Shown in pieces: positions 22,769 to 35,100 of a DNA stretch of 64,000 nucleotides (position 1 is the stretch's first letter; each line of letters opens with the position of its first letter). The notes below the pieces were generated by a model. It ran no database searches and was not told the origin of the DNA. It worked only from the letters and a program-made list of their open reading frames with translations. Source of the stretch: Microthyrium microscopicum (taxonomy: Eukaryota). The stretch is from the NCBI GenBank assembly GCA_010405405.1, contig MU004234.1, positions 2,205,697 through 2,269,696 on the forward strand, read 5' to 3'. The position numbers and the translations under genes are program-made.

Positions 22769-25700
22769 TATCGTAATAGGATCGAGAAGCAAAGTGGTGC
22801 TGAATATCGAATGAGCATCTTGTTGCCAAATATGAGGTTGGCAAAATACGCTAGTCCGTAATCTAGTGTAGTTAACCAGTGCCTGGCTGACACAGCGCTG
22901 TAGTTCTTTCTATTGGCCATCGACCTAGCTGGCGCAGAGGTTTTGCTTACATAATCTTCTACCCCTTTTTCGCCTTTCAAATTCCAACTCCCCTATCCTC
23001 AATAATCCATTCCCACCAAGAGCTCGTTTACATAGATTTGGGCCTGGCACGATCTCACCTCAAACACATCATTTCCTTATGGTGTGGGCTTGATAAATCA
23101 CTTTGATCTCCAAGGAGACTCTTGGAAGTCTAGACTGTGTGCTATCTACCCCGAGCGCCAGATGTCAATGAACCAAATTGCAAAGTCTTCTTGAAATTTC
23201 TCAGGAACTGTTGATTAAGCATTTTGATATCTAAGGAGAACTTTGCCCATGAGATATTTTGGTACCTTAGAACACCACTCTCACGCGTGGTACCATTGAC
23301 AACCTCAAGGATTGCGTTTGTTTCCAGTACTAATGCCAATTTCTAGGACCTTGAAAACTTGTACGCAAATGCCCGAGCAATCCTCTGGATAGCCGTCGCC
23401 CTGCAATTTTCCAAAAGGGCACATCGATTACAGCGACTATGTCGAACATCGAGCCCCTCTTCCTCATATTGGACGCTTTTTAGCACAACAACCCATCAGT
23501 CGGCCCTATCTCCATCGTGAACCAATCTAGAACGATTTCTCATTTAATCTTGATTAACAGTTTACACCCTCTTGTTACTGAATAGTCCTTCACTTGAAAA
23601 GCTCACTTGTTTCTGTGATGAAGGACGATCGGTGTTCCTGACTCTTCGATATGCCAGTGGAGGCTCTGCCCCAACTAGCACCAGTCCATGCTCGATGAAA
23701 CGAACCATAGATATGTTGATTGACAAGATGTGCAACCAGTCTGGGTGATGTACTTTCATTTTGAAAGCACATCTAAATCATCCTCCTGCAATGTTACCCA
23801 CTATCAGCATTCCCATTCTCCTCCTAGGTATGTCTACTGCTTATATCTCTAAGTTGACTATATCGCTGGGGGCTATTCTGAACTAGCGGCTTCCAATTTG
23901 ACAATTACGATATTAGCCTTCATACATGCTTTGAACATGGCGAGCCTTTCCGGAACCATACTGCCGAAACCATGGCTGAAAATGATCCGATTCTTCAAGT
24001 GGACGTTTGTTACGCATTCGTGCGCAAATGGGGAAGGGTTTGTCGAGAGGCTCTCTAAGCAATGATGCAGGCATATTACCTCCTAGGACAGAGTAACTTC
24101 CATGCGGCAATGTTCAGGTGCTTCCTAGGTACAATCCGACTTGGCAACGACTACATACACTTCTCAAAAGCTGGCAGAAGGGCTGTATTCAGATTGCTTG
24201 GACCCCACGAGTTCAAAGACTGGAAACTTTACTTTGGAGATGAGTGGCAACCGCTCAATGTACTACCTCCAGTCTGGGGAAGGTAGCTAATTCAGTCAGT
24301 AGCTCAACCCTAGTATATCTGCTAGATGCGCAGGTACTTGCGATGAAAATGAGGCGAATTCTATTTCTAGATCAACAAAGTACCTTTGTAACAGTACATG
24401 TTTCGTCCAAATTCTGAAGCATAAAAGTCTCTTCTTTTGGACCCTGTATCAGATCAAACTTATCTACGATAGAAAGACTCCTAAGCATTCTTGACATGAG
24501 CCTTTGCCTCTCAGTCATATTCGCCCACTCGAACGCGGGATGAGTATCGCGACAAATTACGACCTGCGGGATCAACATCTGCTGAATATGGGTAGGGATA
24601 CAAGCAGTAACGTGATACCCTGGCAGCAAAGCGATCTCCACTTCTCAAAATGCTGTAATAAGTACACCATGATATCAAAACATGATCCCCAAGGCAGCCT
24701 GTTTCAAGTTTACAGAGTGCTTTCACGATTTATATCGCATTCGTACCAATGACAGCATGCGCGACCTGAGCTAACTCTCTTGAACATGTGAAACCAGATT
24801 TTTCTTGTTAGCTTTTCTATATTCTTATATTCTCAAGAACCAAGACAATGGTCTGAAATAGACTTAACATCGGGGCACGCTGAAGTTGAAGCGCACCTTA
24901 AGTCTCGCTACGGTTGTGAAAGAAGTATTTGAAGCCTAGGTAAGTGCATATTATACAGTACCTAGATAAGTACCAGCAGACTTTTCCAAAAGATCTTCAT
25001 GTGTCAAGGGTTGCAGTCCATGCGACAGTCAATCAATAGTGAAGAATCCGATATGACCCAAATAGCTCACAGAAAGTTTACTCTAGTGTTCGTTTTTGTT
25101 AGCCGGGCTCAAGAAGAGCCGCAATATAGACAAGCTTAATAGCTACGGGCCCTGTACTAGTCTGACTGGCAGCCAAGGGTTTGACTCTTCTCCGGTTGTA
25201 CTGTGGTATATTGAGTACCCGAGGAAGTTCGTGTGTTTCAGATAGCTGTTGAACCATCGCTCGATGAGGCCGATGCGCTTTTCAACAATGTACACCAAGT
25301 GACCCTAACTACACCCTAAAGCCCAAAATACATGGAACCTGCCAAGACACTGAAAAAGTATTCAGCAAAATTGGATAACCTGGATAAAAAGATATTGCAG
25401 GCGGGAATATCGATGTAGTATACAAGGAACAATGGATTGTGGAGAAGAATTACAAGCAAATGAACTCACCAAACTCGCATCTTTGACTAAGTTTGTTTCA
25501 AGCAAGACATTGTATGCATAGAATTGATATCGAAACAAGTTACCAATAGACCCCAAGATTGTCAAGATCAAGAAACGAAACTCTTTAGTCACGTTTTTTT
25601 GAGTTTTGTGGAGGCGCCACCTTTCGTCCTGACTCCTTACTTCATCCGAACTTCGAGCTACGTCAACTTCTCGAGTAACCGACTATTGCTTTGACCTATA

Positions 25701-26222
25701 TCCAAATTCTCCAAACCTATATCTTTCATCAAATAGCTCCAGTCTGCTCATCCTTGTGCCCTGGCCGCAATGACATGAGCTGTTCGGAGAAGCATTGATC
25801 AATATAATCGGGCTAGGATTGACGTCAAATCACATTGTTACTACCAAAGGTCAATCAAGCTCTTCAGCGATCAGACTGAATTGATCTTTCGCCCTAGCTA
25901 AGTAGATCGATTGATAGACGAACAAACCTGGTTCTATATGAAAGCTTGATTAGACGGACACTACCATATTTGAGCATGCTTCTGTTTTCATGGCCCTATT
26001 ATTCGGTGATCTTAAGATTGATCACCTCAGTCTATCAAGGTAAGGTGGTCTTAGCCTGCATCACGTTAATCTTATCTGCCACACTCAGCATGGGTATGAG
26101 CTTTGCGAGAAACTTCTGTCACCATTGAATTGGTATATATCCTTTCAGGGTCCCCGTTCCACATTTGTTTCGTCATTGTTGTACTGCCGAGCATGTTTAC
26201 AGTTGGATCAATACGATAGAGA

Positions 26223-27452
26223 ATGTTCTGGTGCTCACTTCTCACATTCGCTTTAGCACTCACGAATCAAAGCTTGGCTCTCAGTCAGGCTGAATACCAA
26301 ACCAATGCTGTAGCAGCAAGCAGCGCCCTCATGGGCTGGTACAATCAAACGAATGGACTTTTCCAGACGACAGACTGGTGGAACGCTGCTAGCGCAATCA
26401 CCACACTGGCTATGCTGACCAAGGTCAACCCACAAATGGAATTTGTCACCAAGAAAATATGGAACAACACCTACTACAACGCACAAAAACACAACCTCTA
26501 CCAAGAAAGGGCCACTCCAGACAGCATTGGGCCCAGTAATTCCTCAACACCTGGTCAGCATGAGCCAACGATACGCTCTTTCAACAAACACAACACATAC
26601 CACAAACGACCAGTCCGGTCGATACGAGAGAAACGAGCGTTGTTAGCAGAATGGGTGATGGAGCCGAAAGGATTCCTGAACGGATTTTACGATGATGAGG
26701 GGTGGTGGGCTCTGGCTTGGTTGAATGTTTATGATATTTCGCGCAACAAAGATCATCTCCTCGCCGCCACAGATATTTTTAATGACATGGTTAGCACTGG
26801 ATACAACGCGACTTGTGGGGGAATCTGGTGGAACAAGAAAAGAAACTACAACTCGGCAATTTCCAACGAGCTGTTCCTCAGTGTAGCTGCTCACTTGGCC
26901 ACGCGCGTTGACAACAAAGACTACTATGTCAACTGGGCTAAGAGACAGTGGGACTGGTTCCAAAAGAGTGGTCTAATCAACAAGGACTACAACATCAATG
27001 ATGGTCTCGACACAGACTGCAAGAACAATGATGGAGTTGTATGGTCATACAACCAAGGGGTCATCCTTGGAGCCCTATCCGAATTGTCGAAAGCTGATCG
27101 CAACAACACCTACCCCTACCTCGCAACAGCCAAGAAGATTGCACTTGCAGCGAAAAGCAAACTCGCAGATAAGAATGGTATTCTTCACGACCATCGGGAA
27201 CCAAACCTTGGCAATGATGGCAATCAGTTCAAGGGAGTCTTCGTCAGAAATCTTTGGCAACTATACGAGACAACCCAGGAACCATGGATGAAAACCTTCT
27301 TGCTCGATAACGCCAAAGCAGTTTGGCGCTCTGGTCGCAACACGACTACTAATCGTATGGGTCCTGTATGGTCGGGCCCTTATTATCCTGCGACAGCGGC
27401 AACCCACAGTTCAGCTCTCGATGTTCTTGTCGCCGCAGCAGGCGTTGCCTAA
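26223..27452 (+). CDS. Secreted GH76 alpha-1,6-mannanase (intronless, no GPI tail)
   Basis: Signal peptide; WWNAAS, FYDDEGWWALAW (catalytic DD), CGGIWW, AISNELF, WSYNQGVIL, QFKGVFVRNL. Confidence 0.93.
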   Translation: MFWCSLLTFALALTNQSLALSQAEYQTNAVAASSALMGWYNQTNGLFQTTDWWNAASAITTLAMLTKVNPQMEFVTKKIWNNTYYNAQKHNLYQERATPDSIGPSNSSTPGQHEPTIRSFNKHNTYHKRPVRSIREKRALLAEWVMEPKGFLNGFYDDEGWWALAWLNVYDISRNKDHLLAATDIFNDMVSTGYNATCGGIWWNKKRNYNSAISNELFLSVAAHLATRVDNKDYYVNWAKRQWDWFQKSGLINKDYNINDGLDTDCKNNDGVVWSYNQGVILGALSELSKADRNNTYPYLATAKKIALAAKSKLADKNGILHDHREPNLGNDGNQFKGVFVRNLWQLYETTQEPWMKTFLLDNAKAVWRSGRNTTTNRMGPVWSGPYYPATAATHSSALDVLVAAAGVA

Positions 27453-29573
27453 CGTTCTCACGGCCGGGGATAAAGAGTCACTATTTCCTATACAAAACTT
27501 GTCTTTTAATATGGTTGGGGCTGGTTCCAACCGACATACTGCATGATAGAGGTCTGATACCCTAGTGGAGTAAAGGGTACTAGCTTGAGCCCTCCAGGTC
27601 GAAGACCAGGCCGCTCAATCTAGTACGCTCACCATATTTGGTGTCCCACTGCATTTACAACTCGCATTTGCATCATATTCTTGTAACCTATGTTATTTAT
27701 GTACATATATTTGATATCCCACACTACACGACAGATCTTTGGTCTGCCAAAATACAGATTTTTCCACAATTCATCCCTTGATTGTCGTTGAAAAAACATT
27801 TACTAGGGCATAATCCTCCGCGGGTAAACGGCAGCTGTCAATCCTGTGCTGACGCCAGTCAACAAGCCGATCATAGGTCGGGCATGCTAAAGCCTTGACC
27901 ATTCGGCATGAATTACTTGAATATAACTGGTTCCATGGCGCCTATTTCGGTACAAGGGTTTTGATGTGCTCAAGTCCTCTCTGATATTCCTAACCCCTGA
28001 GCCCACAAGGCTGAACCCGGCGTCTAAATTAAAAGTATAAAGAGCTTAAACATGTTACAGGGTTCATCAATCGACGTCATATCTGCCATCGATATGAAGC
28101 AAAGACCGCTCAGAGAGTAGTAGTGTATTTATTCGTCGTAAGATTCGATGGTTCTCGGTCTTAGATCAGCAAAGATCGCCGATTTATGATATGGACAATC
28201 CTTCAATTCGCAATACCGGACTCCAAATCATGCCATTCTGAATGGGTAATATTGGAATGAGCCTGGTTAATTTTAGTCCACGGACCGGCACTTGTGTCTC
28301 ACTGAGGCTAGTAGAGGCAGCTAGGTACTGGTACCTGTCTCCAATACAGAGACTTTTCCTTAGTCTTGCCTATTCTTGGTCCATAACATCCTCCAGAAAC
28401 TGCAAGAAACATTCGCTCCGGCGAGCACCTCATCAGGCACGGGATCTTTTTGGAAAAGTCGCCGTGGTGGTTCATTAATTCCAACTGGCATGATCCGCAC
28501 ACAATATCCGATGCTAAGGTTGAGAACGTCATCTTTGAAGACCGGAACCAGTGCAAGCTCTGGCCTCGTCGATTGATGAATTTGGCTGTCCATGAACTCC
28601 ATTTGCAGATACTGGACCGACCACATGCCAAGAAGCACGCGACAGAGTTCTGAGCCTTCCATATTGCTTCTTTCAACGGCTACGAGACGTCTTTAGTGCA
28701 CCATTCCATCGGGTAATACAAATTTGAGCCTCTACGCTTAAATGATCCTCGCCTTCCGCTGCCTGTCCTTGTAAACATTTTTATCGTCCATGGATAAGCA
28801 AACTGTCAACGTCATAACAACGTGGTACGGCAGTAAGACTGAGCTTTTGGCCGATGACCGACATCCAGGAAAGAATGCTCCTTTCGAGAAGAAACAGCGA
28901 GAATATTTCATCTCCTGTGCTTTCTTGACTTGCGGTCTTCTACGGCATTCTTATTGACGCACTCGGTCGGAAACGGCGCTCGTTGAGAAGTAGCCTCGGG
29001 AATGATAGATAGATTTCTTCTTCCTGGCATAATCTGAACAAGAGGACGAAGCTTAGAGCCGGCAATATTAGTGGGAGAATATTCCCGGAGAATTCTTTCC
29101 TTTCCAGTGTCCACTGCACTCAATGTTCTTTAGGGAGATGCGCGGCAGCCAAACATGGCGGCTCATAATGGGCTGGTGGTATCAGCACCGTCACTGCAAC
29201 TTCAAGGAATTCCACCCTCGAATATTTGAATATTTTAATTTCTGATTTTCTCTTCAAATTATGCTGTCTCTGATACTAAGCTTTACAAAACCAAAACTCG
29301 TTGTGGCTACTGAAATAACGGCGATCTCAGAACAATACTTGTGACGGCATAATCATTCTAAATCTTCAGCAATGAGCCCACAAGGTTTGATACTTTTTCT
29401 TTCCATGAGCAACCACTAGAGTAAATATATTGTTATTATACAGTTATGCTGAACGAAATAGAAAAAGATTAAAGGAACTGCCCAAGTCTACGATTGCCAG
29501 TGAGTACTTGGCATCTGGGCATACCAGCAACCAACATCAAATCAGATCCCACGCCAAAATAGATCGAGCACAC

Positions 29574-31286
29574 CTAGAGACAAAATCGGGTTCCTGCGAT
29601 CATAAAACAATAGTGAGACGGCTTAGGTAGGCTCATCGATGGGACGCCCCATCTATTGTTCCAAGACGCACCGTTAGCCGCGGTGGAAGCTGGCCAAGCA
29701 GTGGCAGGTGTTGGATTGGCCCAGCCGTTGGTGTATGGGCTGGGCACTGGAGTCGTGGAAGTGGCGAATGTTGATGGTTGTGTAAAGACTGGTACACTGG
29801 ATGTAAACAATGATGGTGAAGAGAGTGGGACGCTGTTTGGTGTAGGGACTGAAGAGACTTGAATGGGGGTCACTTGATTCGTGGTGTCTGGCACTGATTG
29901 TGGATTGGTAGGTATTGGTGTCGCGGAGCTTGGGAAGTCTGTGAGAGTTGGAACGGATGACAATACAGTCGCCGACGGCGCAGATACAACAATGTCGGTG
30001 GATCCACTTGATGATGGAGGAAATGCTGTGAACAGAGATGCCACCGGTGTTGTATCAGAGGCAGGTACCGTCAACGGCTGTGTTGGCTCGATGGTTGATG
30101 ATGATGGAAAGAAGTCGGTTATAACACTAATGACTGGGGTTGATTCCGAAGCTGAGGCTGGAGCTGTAGCAGTATCAGTTTCTGTCGTCGACGTGCTGAA
30201 TGCTGTCAACACTGTTTCGATAGGTGTGGTGGTGCCGGTAGCAATATCAGTATCCGTGGACAATGTGCTGAATGCTGTCAACACGGTTTCGACAGGTGTG
30301 GTGGTGCCGGTAGCGGTATCGGTATCAGTATCTGTGGACAAAGTGCTGAATGCTGTCAACACAGTTTCAACAGGTGTAGTGGTGCTGGCCGGGGCGATTG
30401 CTGGGGACGTAGCAGTATCTACAGTATCTGTAGTCGATGGACCAAAACCCGTCAAAATGGTTTCGACCAAAGTCGTGCTGTCGGTAGGGGTAGATGCTGG
30501 AGAAGTGACGGAGTCCGTAGTTTCTGTCTCCGTGAACGATCTTGTGCTATATTCCGTTAAGATTGTCTCGATAGGGGTAGTGGTATCGGCAGGAGAAGTT
30601 GTAGCGGCGCCTACAGTACTCTCAGGAGTTGAAACTTCCGGAAGTGTAGTCACGCCAGTGGTAGAAGGCGTCTCCGTGGTAACAAGACTCTCAGTCGCTG
30701 GGCTCGTTTCAACAGCCGATGTGATCTCGGGGGTGGAAGTTGAGTCTGTGATATCAGGTGTTGTAGTTGAATCCGTGACATCAGGGATTGGGGTCGACGT
30801 AACATCAGGAGTCGTAGTTGAATCCGTGACATCGGGAGTTGGAGTCGTAGTAACATCGACCGTGGAGCCAATATCACCAGTCGGTGTCTCTGTCCATACA
30901 GGTGTAGCCGTCTCCGACCACACCGGTATACTCGTCTCAGTCCATCCCGTCGTCTCAGTCCCAGGTACCGGCACAACCACAGCCGTACTAGTAACAACAA
31001 CAATCTCATCAGTCGAAGAGGGCGCCGTCGTCAACGCGCTCACACTTCCTCCACAAGTTCCAAAGCCCGTCTGACAGCCACTTGAACAGTACTCATCAGT
31101 TCCACCACACCAACCATACTGGCTACAGCAATCACCGTACGCGCTTCCCGTACATACATGACCGCTTGCTCCACCACAAGTACCATCAGGAGATGGCGTT
31201 GTATAAGAGGGTGGTTCATCCCACGCAACAGGCGAAGCAGCCACAAGCGCAGAGAGGCCGAGGAGAATTGCTGGAGAGAAATGCAT
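29574..31286 (-). CDS. Secreted CBM18 (hevein) chitin-binding protein with Thr-rich mucin-like region
   Basis: Signal peptide MHFSPAILLGLSALVAA; SPDGTCGG...CCSQYGWCG...YCSSGCQTGFGTC; long T/S/P-rich repeat region follows. Confidence 0.9.
   Translation of the reverse strand: MHFSPAILLGLSALVAASPVAWDEPPSYTTPSPDGTCGGASGHVCTGSAYGDCCSQYGWCGGTDEYCSSGCQTGFGTCGGSVSALTTAPSSTDEIVVVTSTAVVVPVPGTETTGWTETSIPVWSETATPVWTETPTGDIGSTVDVTTTPTPDVTDSTTTPDVTSTPIPDVTDSTTTPDITDSTSTPEITSAVETSPATESLVTTETPSTTGVTTLPEVSTPESTVGAATTSPADTTTPIETILTEYSTRSFTETETTDSVTSPASTPTDSTTLVETILTGFGPSTTDTVDTATSPAIAPASTTTPVETVLTAFSTLSTDTDTDTATGTTTPVETVLTAFSTLSTDTDIATGTTTPIETVLTAFSTSTTETDTATAPASASESTPVISVITDFFPSSSTIEPTQPLTVPASDTTPVASLFTAFPPSSSGSTDIVVSAPSATVLSSVPTLTDFPSSATPIPTNPQSVPDTTNQVTPIQVSSVPTPNSVPLSSPSLFTSSVPVFTQPSTFATSTTPVPSPYTNGWANPTPATAWPASTAANGASWNNRWGVPSMSLPKPSHYCFMIAGTRFCL
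30190..30385 (-). repeat. Intragenic tandem repeats encoding TTTP(V/I)ETVLTAFST units
   Basis: Three near-identical copies of GTGCTGAATGCTGTCAACAC.GTTTC on the + strand with degenerate copies on both sides. Confidence 0.85.
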
Positions 31287-32136
31287 AGTGAATGTATAGA
31301 AAGGACAGTATAAAAAGCGAAGGACTGAGCAAAGTAGCGAACGTGTATGTAGCGAGTGGGAGTTTACAGAAAACAAAAATTCGGATCTAGCAACTGAACA
31401 CAATAAGAGCCTGGCCACGGATTTCTTATATTAGCAACAATCCCATCATCCAGAACCGAGTCGTATTTCTCGGAACAACACCATGTCTGTCCACGGGTGG
31501 CGCATCGTCAGAATTTTCGCTGTGGATATGACACTTCCGAATATCTCGACATTGTCCGCAAGTCGATGATGTATCGTGGCGTTATGTGTTACGGTTTGGC
31601 ACGAGCTGAGTTGCCATACGCACGCCTCATATAGGGGAGAGCGGGATTGTGCGACGTGGCTGCTAGGTCAAACGGTGTGTGTGACAATAACCTTGGAAGT
31701 TAAGAAGTTTTTATAGATATCCAGGAATTGGGCTAGAGATGTAAGCGAGTTTGATTGCTCAGCTATGTAGAAGTGGAAGTAATATTCCACAAGGGAGGTA
31801 GATTACGTGCGCCATAGAGTATGATATGTGTTCGTTGTCAATTGTTGTACAAAGCCAACATCGTCGGCAGAAAAATGCAATGAGCTTCATATGCTACCGA
31901 TAACTTAGCAAAATAAATGGCATGCTTCCACCAAGTGTGTCATCCCCAATCGTACTTTACGACGAAAAGATTCGTCCATTCCGAGCGTATTCCCTATACG
32001 CCATGCCAAAATGCTTGAAGCCTATGCAAATGCTGTAGACCAGACTCACGATCGCGTCATCAGAAAACGTCATTATACAATTCAAAGGTCGTGCGGAGGT
32101 GTATCATTACATGTATGCTACACCATATCTGATCCG

Positions 32137-35100
32137 CTATCTTCGATCCGCACGTTCATAAAATATCATAAATGTGCCTTTAGGAGGGTGATGAGCGAAT
32201 TTACCCTCATCATGATCTCTTATACTTTCGTCATTGTATTCGCGCCAGACCCCTCTGGGGCGATCGTGCACGTATGCTTTATAGTGACCGCTGCTTAGCT
32301 GTGCGCCGAGATGCTCAACGATAGCATAAGCGGTGTACTTCGATAGACCGAGGAAGCTTTCATTGATTTTGACTGGATCGCTGGCCTGGAAATTGGTCAG
32401 TAAAAGATTAGGGACAGAGCTAAGACGCTTCAAGAGACCAAATGGTCTGATTCGGGTGAAATCCTAAACCACCCATCAGATTCATTGGGGCCCATAACGC
32501 TCGATGAGGAACACATTATATGGTAGCCATCGAGTGCAATGGGAAAGACAATGCTTCATTTCTTCGGATGTATTAATAAATGTCAGTGAATCTTACCACT
32601 TGTTGAGGAGAAGGCGGAGTAGGCATATAACGGGCCAGGTCAAGATTCATAGGATAATCAATGACTTTGTTGATCTTAGTGCTCCCTTGGTCGGTATGAG
32701 CGAAGCGTTTAAGGGTAACGACCAGGTAAGGAGGAGCGCGCGTGAGACGCAGGCGTTTGACAGTGTTGCGAAGCACTTTGCATTTGCTGCAGCGCCAAGC
32801 ATCTTCGCCAGAGAGATATTCTTCGCTGTAATGTGAATCGAGGCAGTCGTACAGCGTCTTGGCTTTGGGCGGAATGTCGACCGTCAAGTTATCCGCAACG
32901 TTGTAAGCAGTAGAAGTGGTGTTGCAGGTTAGGCAGCGTAGCTGTGAAGACTCCTGGCTGTAGAATATGTCGGATACTAGGCTGCGATCGCGCTTGATGT
33001 AGCGCTCCCATTCAATACTTGCGACTTTGAAGGGAGGCATCTTCTCGCGTCTTGCTTCCTCTTCTTCGCTGAGTACGTGTGCTCGTTCGCCTTGGGAGTT
33101 TATATTGAGATCCACATGTAAGGTATCCAATAGGAACATGAAGAATTCCATTGCATCTTGTTGTCGTTGATCGACCCATCGAGAAGTTAGACGCCCACAA
33201 AATCGTCGAAACGTCTCGGGTGCAAAAGCTCGGCCATCCATCTGCCACAAAGTGGTGACAACTTGAGCAAATGCACCCGGCAAAAGACCACTTGATCCTG
33301 TGAAAGTTCCGATATTGTTGTGTTGCAACCATTTTTGGAAACTCCCATCAAGAAATGGCATCGAGAATGATATAGTCGCGCTGAGACATTGAAGAACAGA
33401 GTTCATATAACACGTTTGGCCCATATTGCGTAAACCGGTTCTAGGAATTCGAGTATTGGAAGGCTTTTCTCCGGGTGAGATGTACCGCGCTAGGCTATTG
33501 GAACGATTGCTGTTATACTGCTGGAGGCCATTTCTGTCATGCGCGCCGCTGTAGCTATGTCTTGGTGCGGCTGGTGCTGGTCGAGCTGGCATTTCGTGCT
33601 CTGGCTCAACTCGCCGATTTCGTGTGTACAAGTCCTGCGAGACTGGTCGAGATGGAGGTGGTGACGTAAATTGTCGGTTAGATTGATAGGCCGTAATCAT
33701 CGACTCTTGCTCTTGAGGTATGGCGGGATATCGTCTAAGGAAATCGTCTTGAGACCTATAATATCCAGAATCCAGTTCTGAGTTGGGCTCATCTTGTTCT
33801 GGGATTGGCTCTTCTGCGGGAGCAGTAGACAACGAAAGGCTCTCTGATCTCATTTGCTCCTGCCATTGCTTTTCTTCCTCGGGAGTGAGTGGGTTAAATT
33901 CTCGAATCCTGCGCCTACGCGTGGACTGAGAAGCTGACAGTGATGCAGCGGCTGACATACGGCGTGTACGTTTGCCAGCTTGTGTTTGTGATGTAAAAAG
34001 AGCAGCCGGACCCAACAGATTGACCCAGGATTCGAGCCCACCATTGAGTATGATCGGAGGGTTTTTCAATGGTTTGTCGTGGTTGTAGTCGACCAGAGCA
34101 TCGTAGAGAATACGTAATCGTTCTTCTTGATCATTTTTGGCCGAAGTGAGGAAAGACGGATTTGAAGTTGATTGGTCGTAAAAGACTACAAAATCATAGG
34201 TGTCTCGCTTCTTAAACATAGTTTCTTCGGCATCCGGCGAAATGCTGAGAGAGCTTTCAATGTCAGTGGCTGATATACCACTTCTGAGTTGTAATGGTTC
34301 AACACAAATGACACACTGTGTATCAATGTGACCCCCATCGAAATCGGATCGACTTCGGACATCAATCAGGAGGATATTGTACAATCGGAGGAATTCGAAT
34401 AGTTGATCGGCCGTGATAGACCCACCAGTAGAGAGGCCAACGATTCCCTTTCGCCTTGCTTGATTGGGAGACGACTGATTGTTGGCTCTGGGGAAATAAG
34501 ACCCAGCCTCCCAGTCAGCATTTGGTGGACGTGATTGCGCAATTGAGGCGGCTCTACCACCAGTGCCAACTATGCTTCGTGCCGAAGTCCTGGGAGGATT
34601 CACACCTATTGGTGTGACCATGTTCCTTGCAGGACTAAAGGTGGGGCTTGGCGGTCTTGGAAGTGAAGCAGCAAGCTTTGTATCCAATGGAAGCTTCGGA
34701 GGCAACGATGGAACATTTATGCCATTTGAAGGCATCGGTCGTGGTCCAGCAGGTCGAAGTGTAGAAGGTACGCCAATTGGTGGCGCGGCGGCAGGTATGG
34801 ATATTGATGATGGCCTACTGTAATCAGATGGCGATGGCATCCTGACGGGAGCAGTAGCAGAAGGATATTCTGTAGCTTCAGCGCTTGAAGCTGGCCGTAG
34901 GGCGGCGAATCTTTCCGCGAGGGTCCCCGGCTTAGGTCGAACAGGAGGCTTCGGTTTGGGAGAGGCGGGCAGACCAGGCATCCTGTTCTGTGGTGGAGGC
35001 GGAGATTGAGCGGAGGCAATTGTAGACGCGATTGAGTAATTTGATGATTGACTCTGAGGACGCGACGCAGCCGGAGAAATCTGCGAGGATGATACGGAAG

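Noticed and set aside
23142..24760. Short minus-strand ORFs suggesting a gene between SEC28 and the second GH76
   Set aside because: No consistent splice model or domain could be built.
27900..29150. Cluster of short ORFs on both strands
   Set aside because: No motif or coherent frame; may be non-coding or decayed.
29881..31074. 397-aa + strand ORF rich in V/S/G
   Set aside because: Antisense shadow of the Thr-rich CBM18 gene; no independent motif.
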